Shown here: positions 25,224-37,010 of the stretch, in pieces | How positions within the stretch are numbered: the stretch's first letter is position 1 | How the letters are laid out: each line of letters opens with the position of its first letter | DNA from: Felis catus | Taxonomy: Eukaryota | Assembly (NCBI RefSeq): GCF_018350175.1 | Contig: NC_058368.1 | Span: 210,738,001 to 210,802,000, forward strand | Length of the DNA stretch: 64,000 nt | Direction of reading: 5' to 3' | Program-made: the position numbers and the translations under genes | Notes under the pieces: model-generated | Database searches by the model: none | What the model saw: the letters and a program-made list of their open reading frames with translations, nothing else | What the model was told of the DNA's origin: nothing

Positions 25224-26531
25224 CTAAATTGAAAATGGAAAAACCATTAACATTTTGATAGATACAAGTACTCTGGAAGTAGCAATACAATGAGTCTTGT
25301 CTTTACCTTTCCTTCAACTCCACAGTAACCTCCTTTGGCACAAATTTTATTACTTTACAGCTAAGATGAGGCTTATTAATGCAGCACAATCACTCCTTTG
25401 CTTAAAATCTTTCTGTAGGTCCCTGCTGCCCTCCAAAGATATTTCAGAGGCCGTAACGTGGTATTTAAAACTTACTGGCCACAACTTGCCTCCCTATAAC
25501 TCTTTGTCTCTCGCAGTCTTGAATCATTTACTTCAAACAAACTGATCTCCTCACTTAGGTAAATAAGCATTGCATTTTCTAGCTTGTGGTCATAGGTTTG
25601 AACCTGTTTCTCTTCTACACATAGTGGGATAACACACTTCACAGGGCATTATGAGGATAAACTGAAATGATCCATTTTAAGAACCCAGCATCGAGCTTAC
25701 CACACTGTGGATACTCACAATGTCAACCTGGAGAGTTCTTCCTACTCCGCCCGACCCAGCATGGAGCTATAACTGCCTAACCTGAACTCCTCTGCTCTCA
25801 TTCACTTCGCTATACAATGAATAATTATTGTATTTCATAACTGAGAAAAATTCAAGTGGGGCTTCTTTATCTCAATTAGATTATAAATTGTTGTAGCGTA
25901 AGGAGCATTTCTTGGGTTTTTGCTTTCAGTGTCACATCCTGCATAGAGAATCGAGCTCCAAGAATTATTATTTTGGATCTTTATATTGAAAAACCATATG
26001 AAAGGGGAACAAACTTAAACTCTGTTCTTCTAAACCCCTAATTATGTAAAACTGAGATTTTGGTTTTTGGATTAAAATTTATGACTTAATTTCTTCTCTG
26101 TTAGAACTCCTTTCTTGTCTGTGCAACCTCCTTTTCTCATTGCCTCCCCATCCAGCACTGATGAGCCTTTGGGTCCCTGGGTCCACTTCCTTCTCCTGAA
26201 ACATAAAACAAGGAAGGGCACTGACTTGTGACCACACAATCAGGGTCTCTCCCCTCTATAATCTGTCCCTTGGCTTTTCCAAGTATCTAATGACTCCTTG
26301 AATTCCTGAGGGAATAGAACCTGACCTTCACCTGGGTGAATGAAGACTGGTAAAGTGGGAGAAGTGAAATATAAGCATGTAAATCATAAAACATGTCTTT
26401 ATCTTGCTGTATGTTTTCTCATGTAGATGGGTAGTATTGATTAGATATTAAAAATAAAAAATACTGCTATATTATTCTTTATATACTTCTATCTGATAAA
26501 GAATATATTAGTAGATTAAAAAAATACGTAC

Positions 26532-26635
26532 TTAATAGCATTTACCATGATGCTAACTAGCAACATGTCAGAAACGCTCTTTCCTTTCTTCAGCAACTTT
26601 TCTGATTTTGCACCAAGCTGAGCACGCACAGTGAG
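26532..26635 (-). CDS. SPEF2: SPEF2 coding exon (approx. exon 15), 104 nt: LTVRAQLGAKSEKLLKKGKSVSDMLLVSIMVNAI(N)
   Basis: Acceptor ttcacag|CTC, donor AA|gtacgt; phase 0 to 2. Confidence 0.93.
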
Positions 26636-27309
26636 CTGTGAAAATAAACAATGAGTGGTAGAGTACAACTAATTTAAAAGTCAGAATCCAAATGTCTAGG
26701 GGGAAAATTAAATGGTCATGCTCTCTGGTGAAGACACTGATCATCTGGCGCAATTCTGGAGTCAGCCAAGCATCCAGGGGAAGTGTGTATGGATATTGAG
26801 GCTCCTCTGTGTGGGTCCCTCCTTGCCAAGATCTTCCTCTGAATTCTCAGCGGCTCTGGCATTGCCAACCTTCGTTTTCTAATACCTTAAACTGAAACTA
26901 TTAAAGATTTCTGCTTGAGTTCTAGCCACTCTCGTGCTACACAGACATGGTGTGCCTCTGGGATAACCTGTACAAGTATGGCTCTTGACCAGGGAAGTTC
27001 CCTTGATTCAGTGGTCCAATGCCACACAGTTCATGCCTGTTTTAGGCTGCCTGCCTGTCTTCCACTTTGACTTTTTCCTGTTGGCTTTTGGCCATCAAAT
27101 AATTAGCTTTTCTATTTTGTCCCGCATCGGTAACATTATCTGTAGAAGGGCTAGTCCAATAAAGCTGCTTTACGAACAGGAAAATTCCCTAGTGCTGATT
27201 CTTAACTCAACCACCAGCAAGTATTTAACAAGTCAAATGATATTAGATGTCTATGCAAAACCCTATAAAGTTTCCTTGTTTACTTCAAATGTCCTCATTG
27301 TGCCTGTAA

Positions 27310-27780
27310 GGCTGACCTGACTTTTCTCCTTTCCAGCTCATCTCTCTAACCCCACTTTGCTGGCCAGGAACCTTCCTGCCTCATTGCTGCCATCCAGCTA
27401 TTCTTACTGCCTACAATGCTTCCCCAGATGCACTTGGAATTTTCTCTCAATCTTCTTTCAATCTGGTTAGATCTCACTTTCTCAAAGAAGGCTTATCCCA
27501 TTTAATACAGCAACCTTCCCTCTTTCCCCACCTCCATGGCCTTGACCCCTTTGCTTCTGACCCCTTACTTCACTCTACCTTTTCTTCCCTTCTGACTCAT
27601 TACCATCTAATGGGTCATATAATTCATTTACTCGGTGTTTATGGTTTGTTATCTGTCTGCATTAGAATGTAAACTCTTTAAGGTCCAAGAACCTTGCCTT
27701 TCTGTTCACTGACATATTCCAAATAATTACAACAATGAACACACACACAAAAAGTATGTCCTTTGCGTTGAATTGAATAT
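27310..27780 (+). mobile_element. L2 3' fragment
   Basis: attagaatgtaaactc...tctgttcactga...ttgaattgaat. Confidence 0.55.
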
Positions 27781-28237
27781 GGAATTTGGAGGATTTGTAA
27801 CTCAATAAAAGTAAATATAAAAAATGCACTTAGCCTTTCTGTTAATTTATATTGCAAATACACAGAGTAAAAATGATACATTCCCCTTCATCACTTTCTC
27901 TAAGCCCATTTCCCTCTTCACTGGCTGTCATACTTACAGATTGGTGTATATCCTTCCAAAACTTTTTCTATCTTTAAGGAATTTTCAAATTAAAATATTT
28001 GAAAACTAAAATTGTTTCCCAGGTAAATCACATAATAAAAGTAACTAAATATAATAAAAATAAAGCAAATAAAATTTCTTGATTAATCAGGACATTGTAT
28101 TTGATGACAAAAAGATATCTCCACATACAGAAAAGCAATACTATACAAGAAAATGCTAGTTTCCATTGGAAGTCACAGTGAGTGAATTGTTGTGAGTATT
28201 TCAGGGATTAATAAAACATTCTGAAGAGTCACCAATA

Positions 28238-28455
28238 GGGGCGCCTGGGTGGCACAGTCGGTTAAGCGTCCGACTTCAGCCAGGTCACGATCTCGCGGTC
28301 CGGGAGTTCGAGCCCCGCGTCAGGCTCTGGGCTGATGGCTCAGAGCCTGGAGCCTATTTCCGATTCTGTGTCTCCCTCTCTCTCTGCCCCTCCCCCGTTC
28401 ATGCTCTGTCTCTCTCTGTCCCAAAAATAAATAAACGTTGAAAGAAAAAAAAAAA
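28238..28455 (+). mobile_element. Young SINEC_Fc-type SINE
   Basis: TSD aagagtcaccaata(gg); CpGs intact. Confidence 0.95.
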
Positions 28456-28848
28456 AAGAGTCACCAATAGGTCTAAGGAGAAATTCTGGGGGAAAAAAAG
28501 TATTTAAAGATAAAGAGAGTAGGAAAGGAAAGAGAAGTAATAAATTCAGTGGTAAAGAAAAACACATAAATGTAAGTTTGACATATGATTAAAATTTTAA
28601 AAAATCACATACTTATTTTCTTACCTGGCAAAACTCAATAGCAATTTCCACTGCTTTAGGGATAAGGAATATTAAGAATATAAAGAATATTAAGTAACTC
28701 AGATTTAGTTACTATTTTACCATAATAATTACTTTAAACCAAAAAAGGAGCACATTGCTATTTCATTCCATTTGAAGACATACCAAGAAACTATGAATCA
28801 TGACATACTTCAATCTACTAGTAGCCAAAATTAGATTACAATACTTAC

Positions 28849-28910
28849 TTCAGAGAAACTATCACTTGATTTGACTTCTTCAGCTTTTGGAGTTTTATTT
28901 GTTTCAGTAC
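28849..28910 (-). CDS. SPEF2: SPEF2 coding exon (approx. exon 14), 62 nt: (S)TETNKTPKAEEVKSSDSFSE
   Basis: Acceptor tgctag|GT, donor GAA|gtaagt; phase 1 to 0; KTPKAEEVKSSDSF matches SPEF2. Confidence 0.9.
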
Positions 28911-30281
28911 CTAGCAATAGGAAAAGTGTTAAGAATAAAGTCCAGTATTTACCACTAAGAACCATGTTAGTATGTGATCATCCATGGTTTTGGACAGATG
29001 GGTTATTGGATCCAGCCATGCCTGAGATGCTCGGAGGAAAGAAGTAATAGAATCACCACAGAAAGGCTTCATCTTTGTTCCACAACATTAAAATCCTGGC
29101 TGTTGTGTGGCTTGGTGTTTTCCACTTCCTTCCTTCCCTTATGGCTCACTCATAATAATATCATTAGGAATACTTTAATACAGTTTGCGTTTTCTTTTTA
29201 GAAAAATAGCCAAGTTTCTGAAGAAAATTTTTTAAAATGATAATTCATTCATTTTCATTTTCCTGAATTATCAAGTTATAGGTAATAAATATGTCTCAAG
29301 GTAGAAAAGTCTGGAAGTCAGACTTTGGAGTTTTTTACTTGAATTCTATGGGAAAAAAACAAGTTTTCAGAGTCTGTTTATAATTAACTGGACTTTTGTA
29401 ATAAAATATGTCATACAATACTTATAATAGATTAAAAATCAACCAAAATTATCTTGTAAGAAACACATAACTGAAATAAGGGACAGATTACACCCTTTGA
29501 AAGGATGGAAAATACAACTGCTCTTGGAGAGCTTCATGCTCACCACATGGTCCAGTGGTGACGGCAATAATGACGTGCGCACAGGATGATCTGAACTGTG
29601 TGCTAGAACATGAGGAAACTATTAAATATGGCAAGCCTTCACTAGCACAGCTAGAAAAGATATTTAAGACTTAAAATTGTTTTCCTTCAATGTTTCTAAA
29701 AAGCATCTGAAAGACTAGAACCCAGATCCCAAGTGAGGTAACTTTTCATTAGGTTTGGAAGCCAGGTTCTATTTATTTGCCTTGCCCAAGGCTGGAAATC
29801 AACTTAACTTTAGGTAGGGAACCACTCTTCAGCAGGGATGCAAGAGACCAGACCCCGTAGCCTCCCTCAACCAGTAAAGAACACAGCAGTGTGCAGGGAG
29901 CCCCAACCCTACCACTCACTCAGATCTGCCTGGGCGAAAAGAAACAATAAAATACTGTCTCCCTGCAAAGCCAGGGAGAGGGAGGATTTATCCTGGATGT
30001 TATCACAAGCACAACAAAACTGAGCAACTATCTGAAGGAGCAAAAAAAGATTCCTTTGTAATACTTATCTCTTATCCCTATTTATAGACAAGGGTTGGGG
30101 ACTTCTGTGTTTACCTTGCTCTCTCTGTTAAATGACCAGGTAGACAACTATGCAAAACTCTCCTTGTCTCCCTTTTCTTTCCCTGAAAGCAAGTTTGTGC
30201 TCACATACATGTGCACTTACTATTTATCTGTCTGTCTCTCTAATGTAAAAAATGGATGATTTGTTTGGATATCTCACTTAC

Positions 30282-30357
30282 TAAGTACAGTTTTATCTTC
30301 TGTTTCTGGCAATGCTTCATTTGAAGCTGGATAAGCTGAAGATACATCCTGTAGATC
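30282..30357 (-). CDS. SPEF2: SPEF2 coding exon (approx. exon 13), 76 nt: DLQDVSSAYPASNEALPETEDKTVL(S)
   Basis: Not in the ORF track; read manually. Acceptor ccaaag|GAT, donor A|gtaagt; phase 0 to 1; resembles the recalled human DPQHVFSAGPVSDEVLPETEGETML. Confidence 0.88.
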
Positions 30358-30625
30358 CTTTGGGGAGAAAACATACATACACACACAGAAATCTTAACAT
30401 TATCATATTTTAATAACATTTAAAATTTTATTTCTATAAGTAAGGTTCACACTATTTTATCTATGACCTTAATGATATTAAGAATAACTGAATGATTTCT
30501 AAAAACACGTAAAATTGATGATTATTCTTATCGAAACACACAGTAGCCTGTGGTGTACTCTGTCTTTCCAATGATCTTCAATTACTATGTAAAATACAGC
30601 AACTGCTATTTTGAAAATACAGTGA

Positions 30626-30840
30626 GGGGTGCCTGGGTGGCTCAGTCGGTTAAGCATCTGACAACGGCTCAGGTCGTGATCTCACAGTTCATGAGTTTGA
30701 GCCCCGCGTCAGGCTCTGTGCTAACAGCTCGGAGCCTGAAGCCTGCTTCAGATTCTGTCTCCCTCTCTCTCTGCCCCTCTCCTGCTCACTCTCTGTCTCT
30801 AACTCTCTTAAATATAAATAAACATTAAAAATTTAAAAAA
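30626..30840 (+). mobile_element. CanSINE
   Basis: TSD aaaatacagtga. Confidence 0.92.
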
Positions 30841-31508
30841 AATACAGTGAAACCTGAGAAAGAGGTAGAGTTTATGAAACACTATTTTAGAAAGAACAAT
30901 CCTAGAGGTGTCAGTCATAGCCATAAGAGAATAAAGAAAAAACATGTACATTATCTATCATCAGAATAAGGGGCAGCCCACACTTCTCCCAGTTATTTTC
31001 ATAACTTCTGGTTAAATGGTATTTATTTTGCAACTGATGCAAATGATCTGGGTTAGATTCTTTGCAAGTTTATTCAATTGCAGAGACAACATAAGGTAGG
31101 GGAAAGAGTACTGGATTTAGAATCTTGGTTTCCACTCAAAGCCTAGCCGTCAATAAGCCTTCTGACCCCGAGTAAGCCAATTTATCCTTGGGACCTCTAT
31201 TGTCTCTCCTTTAAAATGAGGGTGCTGGACCACATTATGATTCTCAAGGTGGGGTCACATTCTCCTGTTTCCTGCCTTAGAATCTTCATGCAATAATGTA
31301 GAAGATGCAATATTTATGGGAATGTGATGCAGGTAAACCACAAGAAAATCTCCCCCTCCTTCACTAACCCCTCTGGTTGAGATCTACTCACAGACCAAAT
31401 TCAGCTGGCCAACTGTTTTGTATATAGTCCCTGGGCATCCCTCTGTGGAACAGCATTGTGAGCCAGGGGACCAAGTCTGGTATCCCCCTCCACCCCTTCT
31501 CTGCTATT

Positions 31509-31533
31509 CCCCCCCCCCCCCCCCCCCCCCCCC
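31509..31533. repeat. C25 homopolymer
   Basis: Directly visible. Confidence 0.9.
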
Positions 31534-31849
31534 GCCGCACGTGCCTTGGCCGTGACCCAAAGCTGGCACAGGTCTTTATGCGATGGAGACTTCACCGTTG
31601 GCCACTGTCAAGGTCTCAGTGGTGGAATATGACTCTGAGAGCTGGTAACTTGGTGAATTCTGCCCACAACACTCATACCCCACCCACTTCCAACCTCTTG
31701 CAAGTCAGCCCCTTTGCCCCCTTACCAGTCTTACCAACCTGTGGCTCTTTCTCAGAAGATTGTCTCCTGCTGATGGTAACTGGGTGCAAAATGGACTAAC
31801 CACCCTGGAGGACCCATCCAGGCAATGTTGGGGGAGTGGGAGGGAGGAA

Positions 31850-31962
31850 TCTTCTCTTTTGCTATATAAACACCCACACAATAACGTTGATTTTGCCTCT
31901 TGGCCCACAAAACCTAAAATATTTTCTCTCTGGACCTTTATAGAAAACATTGTTAACCTCTG
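31850..31962 (+). mobile_element. MER58-type hAT-Charlie 3' fragment
   Basis: tggcccacaaaacctaaaatattt...tggacctttatagaaaa...acctctg terminus. Confidence 0.55.
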
Positions 31963-32029
31963 GTCTAGAAGATCTCTTAGATTCCATTAGAATATGAGGA
32001 GCAGAAAAGAAAACTAAAATCACACTTGC

Positions 32030-32184
32030 CTGGCTTTCTTTACTCGTCTCTTGCTGAACTGGTAGAGCCTTTTCTTCATCTTTTTTCTCAATTGGTAGGG
32101 CCTCACTGACTTGTTCATTGTCATGAAATGCTTTGATGGCTTCTTGGACAAGAGTGTCAATAGAAAGTACCTGAATAGGAAAGT
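32030..32184 (-). CDS. SPEF2: SPEF2 coding exon (approx. exon 12), 155 nt: (D)FPIQVLSIDTLVQEAIKAFHDNEQVSEALPIEKKDEEKALPVQQETSKESQ; GC donor
   Basis: Acceptor ctttag|AC; donor CAG|gcaagt (non-canonical GC) gives the phase 0 needed by the next exon. Confidence 0.9.
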
Positions 32185-32314
32185 CTAAAGTACAGCAGAC
32201 AATTTTATTAATTACTTCATTTAGGAAATTGACATAATTATCCTTCCGTGCTGGCTTCACCCCATAATACTGTCTTTTGGGCTCCCTAGAATTGTCTTTT
32301 GGATCAAGCTGCTT

Positions 32315-33065
32315 ATTTTTTTATTGTGGTAAAATTCACCTAACATAAATTTAACCATTTTAACTATGGTAAAAGATACACCTCAGAAGTGTTTAGGCCA
32401 TTTACATGTCTAACAATCACCACTATCTCATTCCAAAAAATTTTCATCACCCAAAGAGGAAACCTGGTACCCACTAAGCAGTCAGTCACTCTGTATCTCT
32501 CTTATTCCTGTGCCCGCAACCAGTAAATTGCCTTCTGTCTTTATGGGTTTGCCTATTCTGGATATTTCATATCAATGGATCATACAGTATGTGGCCTTTT
32601 GTGTCTCATTTCTTCCATTCAGCATCATGGTTTCAAGGTTCATTCATGTTGTAGCATGTATTAGTAGTACTCACTCCTTTTTTATGGCTGAGAAATAATA
32701 TTTCATTGTGTAGATATACTATTTTTGTTATCTATTCATCAGGCGACATTTGGATTTTTTTCGCACCTTTTGACTATTTTTAATAGTGCTGCTATGAATA
32801 TTCCTGCATAAGATTTATTTTGAGCACCTGTTTTCGATCCTTTGGGGTATACATTCCATAGCAGAATTGTTGGGATCATATGGTAATTCNNNNNNNNNNN
32901 NNNNNNNNNNNNNNNNNNNNNNNNNNNNNNNNNNNNNNNNNNNNNNNNNNNNNNNNNNNNNNNNNNNNNNNNNNNNNNNNNNNNNNNNNNNNNNNNNNNN
33001 NNNNNNNNNNNNNNNNNNNNNNNNNNNNNNNATCTTAGTGGTGTGAAGTAATATCTCATTGTGCT
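32315..33065 (-). mobile_element. Old L1M fragment containing an N-gap
   Basis: ttattgtggtaaaattcac...ctattctggatatttcatat...caaggttcattcatgttgtagcatg. Confidence 0.8.
32890..33031. other. Assembly gap (142 N)
   Basis: N run. Confidence 1.
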
Positions 33066-33461
33066 TTTGTCAAGCTTCTTTTTAAGGAGGTACTTTTAAC
33101 ATTTCAATAATGATCTACCTTACCTTTCTCTGCATTAGATTAGTTTAACATGGACTAGTCTGTAAATTTTGAGTTTTGTAGTAAAAACAGCAAAAAATTA
33201 GTGTAATTGAATAAAAGTGAACTAAACCAACGGAAACCTATGCTTTTAGCTGAACGGACTTCAACAGAAAAAGCCAAAGCCTCATTAAAAAGACAGAACT
33301 CAACAGATGTGAAGAATTAAAACATTTATAATTTTAAGTAGATTTCTTTTGTATTTGTTACAAATTATTAATTTCCTCCTTCATTGGTAGGTAAATAAAA
33401 TCTATGAGGAAAAGTTTACAATTGGTATTTCTCTAGACTATGTACTATCAGTATATAACAT

Positions 33462-33556
33462 ATCCATATATCCAGGTTTGCTTGGGACAGTCCCAGTTTA
33501 TGACTCTAAAATCTTAAAAGTGTCTGCCTTGGACAATTAATTATATGATCAGTCTA
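33462..33556 (-). mobile_element. MER94/MER81-like hAT-Blackjack fragment
   Basis: ggtttgcttgggacagtcccagttta...ttggacaattaattatatgatca. Confidence 0.5.
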
Positions 33557-33701
33557 TTATAAAATTTTTGATGATGACAGAGTTTCTCACTATATCAGCA
33601 GATTCTTATGTATGTTGTCTACAGACATAGTCATTTGAAGCTACAGTCAATGTAGACAGAATCCAATAAGCAGGGGGAAAAAAAGAAAAAGGAAATTCTA
33701 C

Positions 33702-33921
33702 CTTTTTGTAGAGCCTTCAGGGCAGTAGTTTTTCCACTAAATGTTTTCCCCAATAAGCACCCTTTAATAGCAAATGAAGGTAATTCTGGTATTGTTGCTT
33801 TGACTTGAGGAGGATGAGATTTTTCAATTAATCTGTGAATCACATGACCCAATATGTTGTTGTTGGAGGGTGGTAAATTCTCAACCATTTCTTCTGGTAA
33901 GGCCCACTCTCCAACCATGTT
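33702..33921 (-). CDS. SPEF2: SPEF2 coding exon (approx. exon 11), 220 nt, contains Walker A-like GKTFSGKTT
   Basis: NMVGEWALPEEMVENLPPSNNNILGHVIHRL...GCLLGKTFSGKTTALKALQK; acceptor ttgtag|AAC, donor G|gtagaa; phase 0 to 1. Confidence 0.95.
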
Positions 33922-34306
33922 CTACAAAATAACAATGAAACGAACAAAAAAGAATATTATTAAAAGTGGAATTCAGCCATACAAAAAAGTTGTATCAAAA
34001 ATAAGCCCAAATTATAGCAAATAAAAGTATGTAATACTTTAAATAATTATTTTACATAAATGAGTAATAACATAATACATTCATATAGGAGAGCAGAAAA
34101 GAACTTCCTACGTTAAAGTAAAAAAGAAAAAACTCAAACATCCTTAACAGTTTATGAAAGTAGGCATATTGGGTTAATTGAGACAAACTGTAACCCAGGT
34201 TGAGCATAAAAGACACTTAAATCGATGCTGCCATCAGTAAACAAAAAAAGAATAATAGTTTATCTGCTATCTTATGCAAATACTAAGCTTACTTTAAAAT
34301 ATTTTG

Positions 34307-34563
34307 GTTTTTTTTATTTTTTATTTTTTTATTTACTTTTATTTATTTTTAATTTTTTTTCCAATGTTTATTTATTTTTGGGACAGAGAGAGACAGAACA
34401 TGAACGGGGGGAGGGGCAGAGAGAGAGGGAGACACAGAATCGGAAACAGGCTCCAGGCTCAGCCATCAGCCCAGAGCCCGACGCGGGGCTCGAACTCCCG
34501 GACCGCGAGATCGTGACCTGGCTGAAGTCGGACGCTTAACCGACTGTGCCACCCAGGCGCCCC
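34307..34563 (-). mobile_element. Young SINEC_Fc-type SINE
   Basis: TSD ttaaaatatttt; long patterned T tail; CpGs intact. Confidence 0.95.
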
Positions 34564-34782
34564 TTAAAATATTTTAAAGAAAGATAAAAGAGAACATTCA
34601 TGCCCAGTATGAATCTACTAGTTTGACTCCTGGTTTCTTCAGGTTTCCTGCTGAAATGAAAACAAACTACAGACCACATTCTCTACCTCTATGTGATAAA
34701 ACTAGAAATCAGTTTTTGGAAGATATGAGAAATAGAAGGACTTAAAAATTAAAAGCATTCTTTTAAAATAATTCTTGGGGGG

Positions 34783-35010
34783 GGGGCGCCTGGGTGGCTC
34801 AGTCGGTTAAGCGTCCGACTTCGGCTCAAGTCATGATCTCGAGGTCTGTGAGTTCGAGCCCCGCATCGGGCTCTGTGCTGACAGCTCAGAGCCTGGAGCC
34901 TGTTTCAGATTCTGTATCTCCCTCTCTCTCTGCCCCTCCCGTATTCACGCTCTGTCTCTCTCTGTCTCAAAAATAAACAAACGTTAAAAAAAATAAAAAT
35001 TAAAAAATAA
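34783..35010 (+). mobile_element. SINEC_Fc-type SINE
   Basis: TSD-like taattcttgg on both sides. Confidence 0.92.
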
Positions 35011-36158
35011 AGTAATTCTTGGCTTAAAGGGGAAATTAAAAGGGTAGATGCCAAAAAGAACATTAAAACAATAGATTTATTAAAAATATGTGATGGGATC
35101 AAATTGTACTCAGAGGAAAATTCGGTCCCATAAAACGCCTGATCTAAAATAAAAAAGAAGGGAAACAAACTAAACACTAAAATAGGAAAAAGTAATTTCA
35201 TATAAAAATGAGGAGGGAACTCATAAAAATGGAAATGGATACAGAGTAAAACCATCAAGATATTTTTATTAATATTTCCAGGACTTGTCCAGACTAATGG
35301 TGATAAAGAAATTGCTTCTAGTTCTGAACAAAGATGTAGAAGAGCAAGTATCAGTTTTGTGACATAATAGGAAAGAAACAAGAGATTTTAAACCCATTAC
35401 TGTATTACATTCATAGGTTAAATTTTTTTTTAAAAGCATATGATCATTTAAGCAAGAAACTTCTGATAAAATTCATGTCTGATGAGGGAAAAAAAACCCA
35501 CAAAATTAAAAGGAAATAGAACAAATCTTTTAACGTGTTATGAATGAAGATGACTTCTCTAACACTCTCAGGGACTGACACATAACAGTTAACCAAAATG
35601 AATGACACATTTTTCCAGTAAAGGCAGGAGTTAGAAAAAGATACTCATCATTAATAGTCACATTATTCTGGAAGGTCTAGCCAATGCAACTGAGATAAAG
35701 AAAGAGGTGGAAGTGCTTCTAGAAGTAAAGGAGGCTGCTTCTAGAAGCCTTTACTTCTAGAAGTAAAGGAGGAATTCAAGGAGACTTGAATTCCTAGTGC
35801 AGAGGTGATAGCTGTGACCTGAACTACGAGTCCCCATGAGGGTGGCAGTGGTGACAGTTTTCTCAACAGATCTTGCTTTGGTGGGTCTGATAATTTTCTT
35901 TGGAAGATTACCCTTGAACCTGGTTCTCGAGCCCACCTGCTGATTAACTGAACTACCTAACATATTTGGAATAACTGTTTTCCTGCTTCCTCAGCAAGAG
36001 TCAACTTTTTTCTTTTCTGCTTACAATTAAAAACTTTCACAAAATCATTGGAATGAACAAAGAAATAGGGAGCCTATATACAGGAAGCCTCAAACTTCAC
36101 TGAGGGGTATAAGGAAAAATAACTTCAATAAAGGGTAAGTTTAAAAGGTTAAATCTAT

Positions 36159-36590
36159 AGGGGCGCTTGGGTGGCTTAGTTGGTTAAGTGTCTGGCTTCT
36201 GCTCAGGTCATGATCTCGCAGTTCATGCGTTCGAGCCCCGCATCAGGCTGACAGCGCAGAGCCAGGGGCCTGCTTCAGATTCTGTCTCCCTCTCTCTCTC
36301 TCTCTCTGCCCCTCCCTTGCTTGTGCTCTGTCTCTCTCTCTCTCTCAAAAATAAATAAAACATTTAAAAAAAGGTTCATGGGGTGCCTGGGTGGCTCAGT
36401 CAGTTGAGCATCCAACTTCAGCTCAGGTCATGATCTCGCGGTATGTAAGTTCAAGCCCCACGTGGGGCTCTGTGCTGACACCTCAGAGCCTGGAGTCTGC
36501 TTCAGATTCTATGTCTCCCTCTCTCTGTGCACCTCCCCCACTCATGCTCTGTCTCTCTGTCAAAAATAAACAATAAAAAAAATTTTTTTT
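36159..36590 (+). mobile_element. Two tandem CanSINEs (36159-36372 and 36380-36590)
   Basis: Two tRNA heads, each followed by a CT-rich body and A tail. Confidence 0.9.
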
Positions 36591-36801
36591 TAAGTTTCAA
36601 ATCTATAAACTATTTAATTCTTACCAATTAATCTGATTGAATATAATAACAACAAAAGTGCTAGTGTCATATGACCAATGAGTCTAAAACTAAGGCAAAA
36701 GAAGAAATACAATGGATAAAAATATTTATTTAAAAAACTTAAGAAAGTAAAAGGGGGTGTACCTTACCATATATTAAGTACTTGTTAATAATATAGTAAT
36801 G

Positions 36802-37010
36802 AGGGCCCCTGGATGTCTCAGTCAGCTGAGCATCTGACTCTTGATTTCAGTTTAGGTCATGATCTCACAGTTTGTGAGATTGAGCCCCATATTAGGCTCT
36901 GCACTGACAGCGTGGAGCCTGCTTGGGCTTCTCTGTCTCCCTCTCTCTGCCCCTCCCCACTCATGTTTGCTCTCTCTCTCACAAAATAAATAAATAAACA
37001 TTAAAAAAGA
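36802..37010 (+). mobile_element. CanSINE (older)
   Basis: Diverged head, ggtcatgatctcacag. Confidence 0.85.

Noticed and set aside
28238-28320. tRNA-like A and B boxes
   Set aside because: Heads of tRNA-derived SINEs, not tRNA genes
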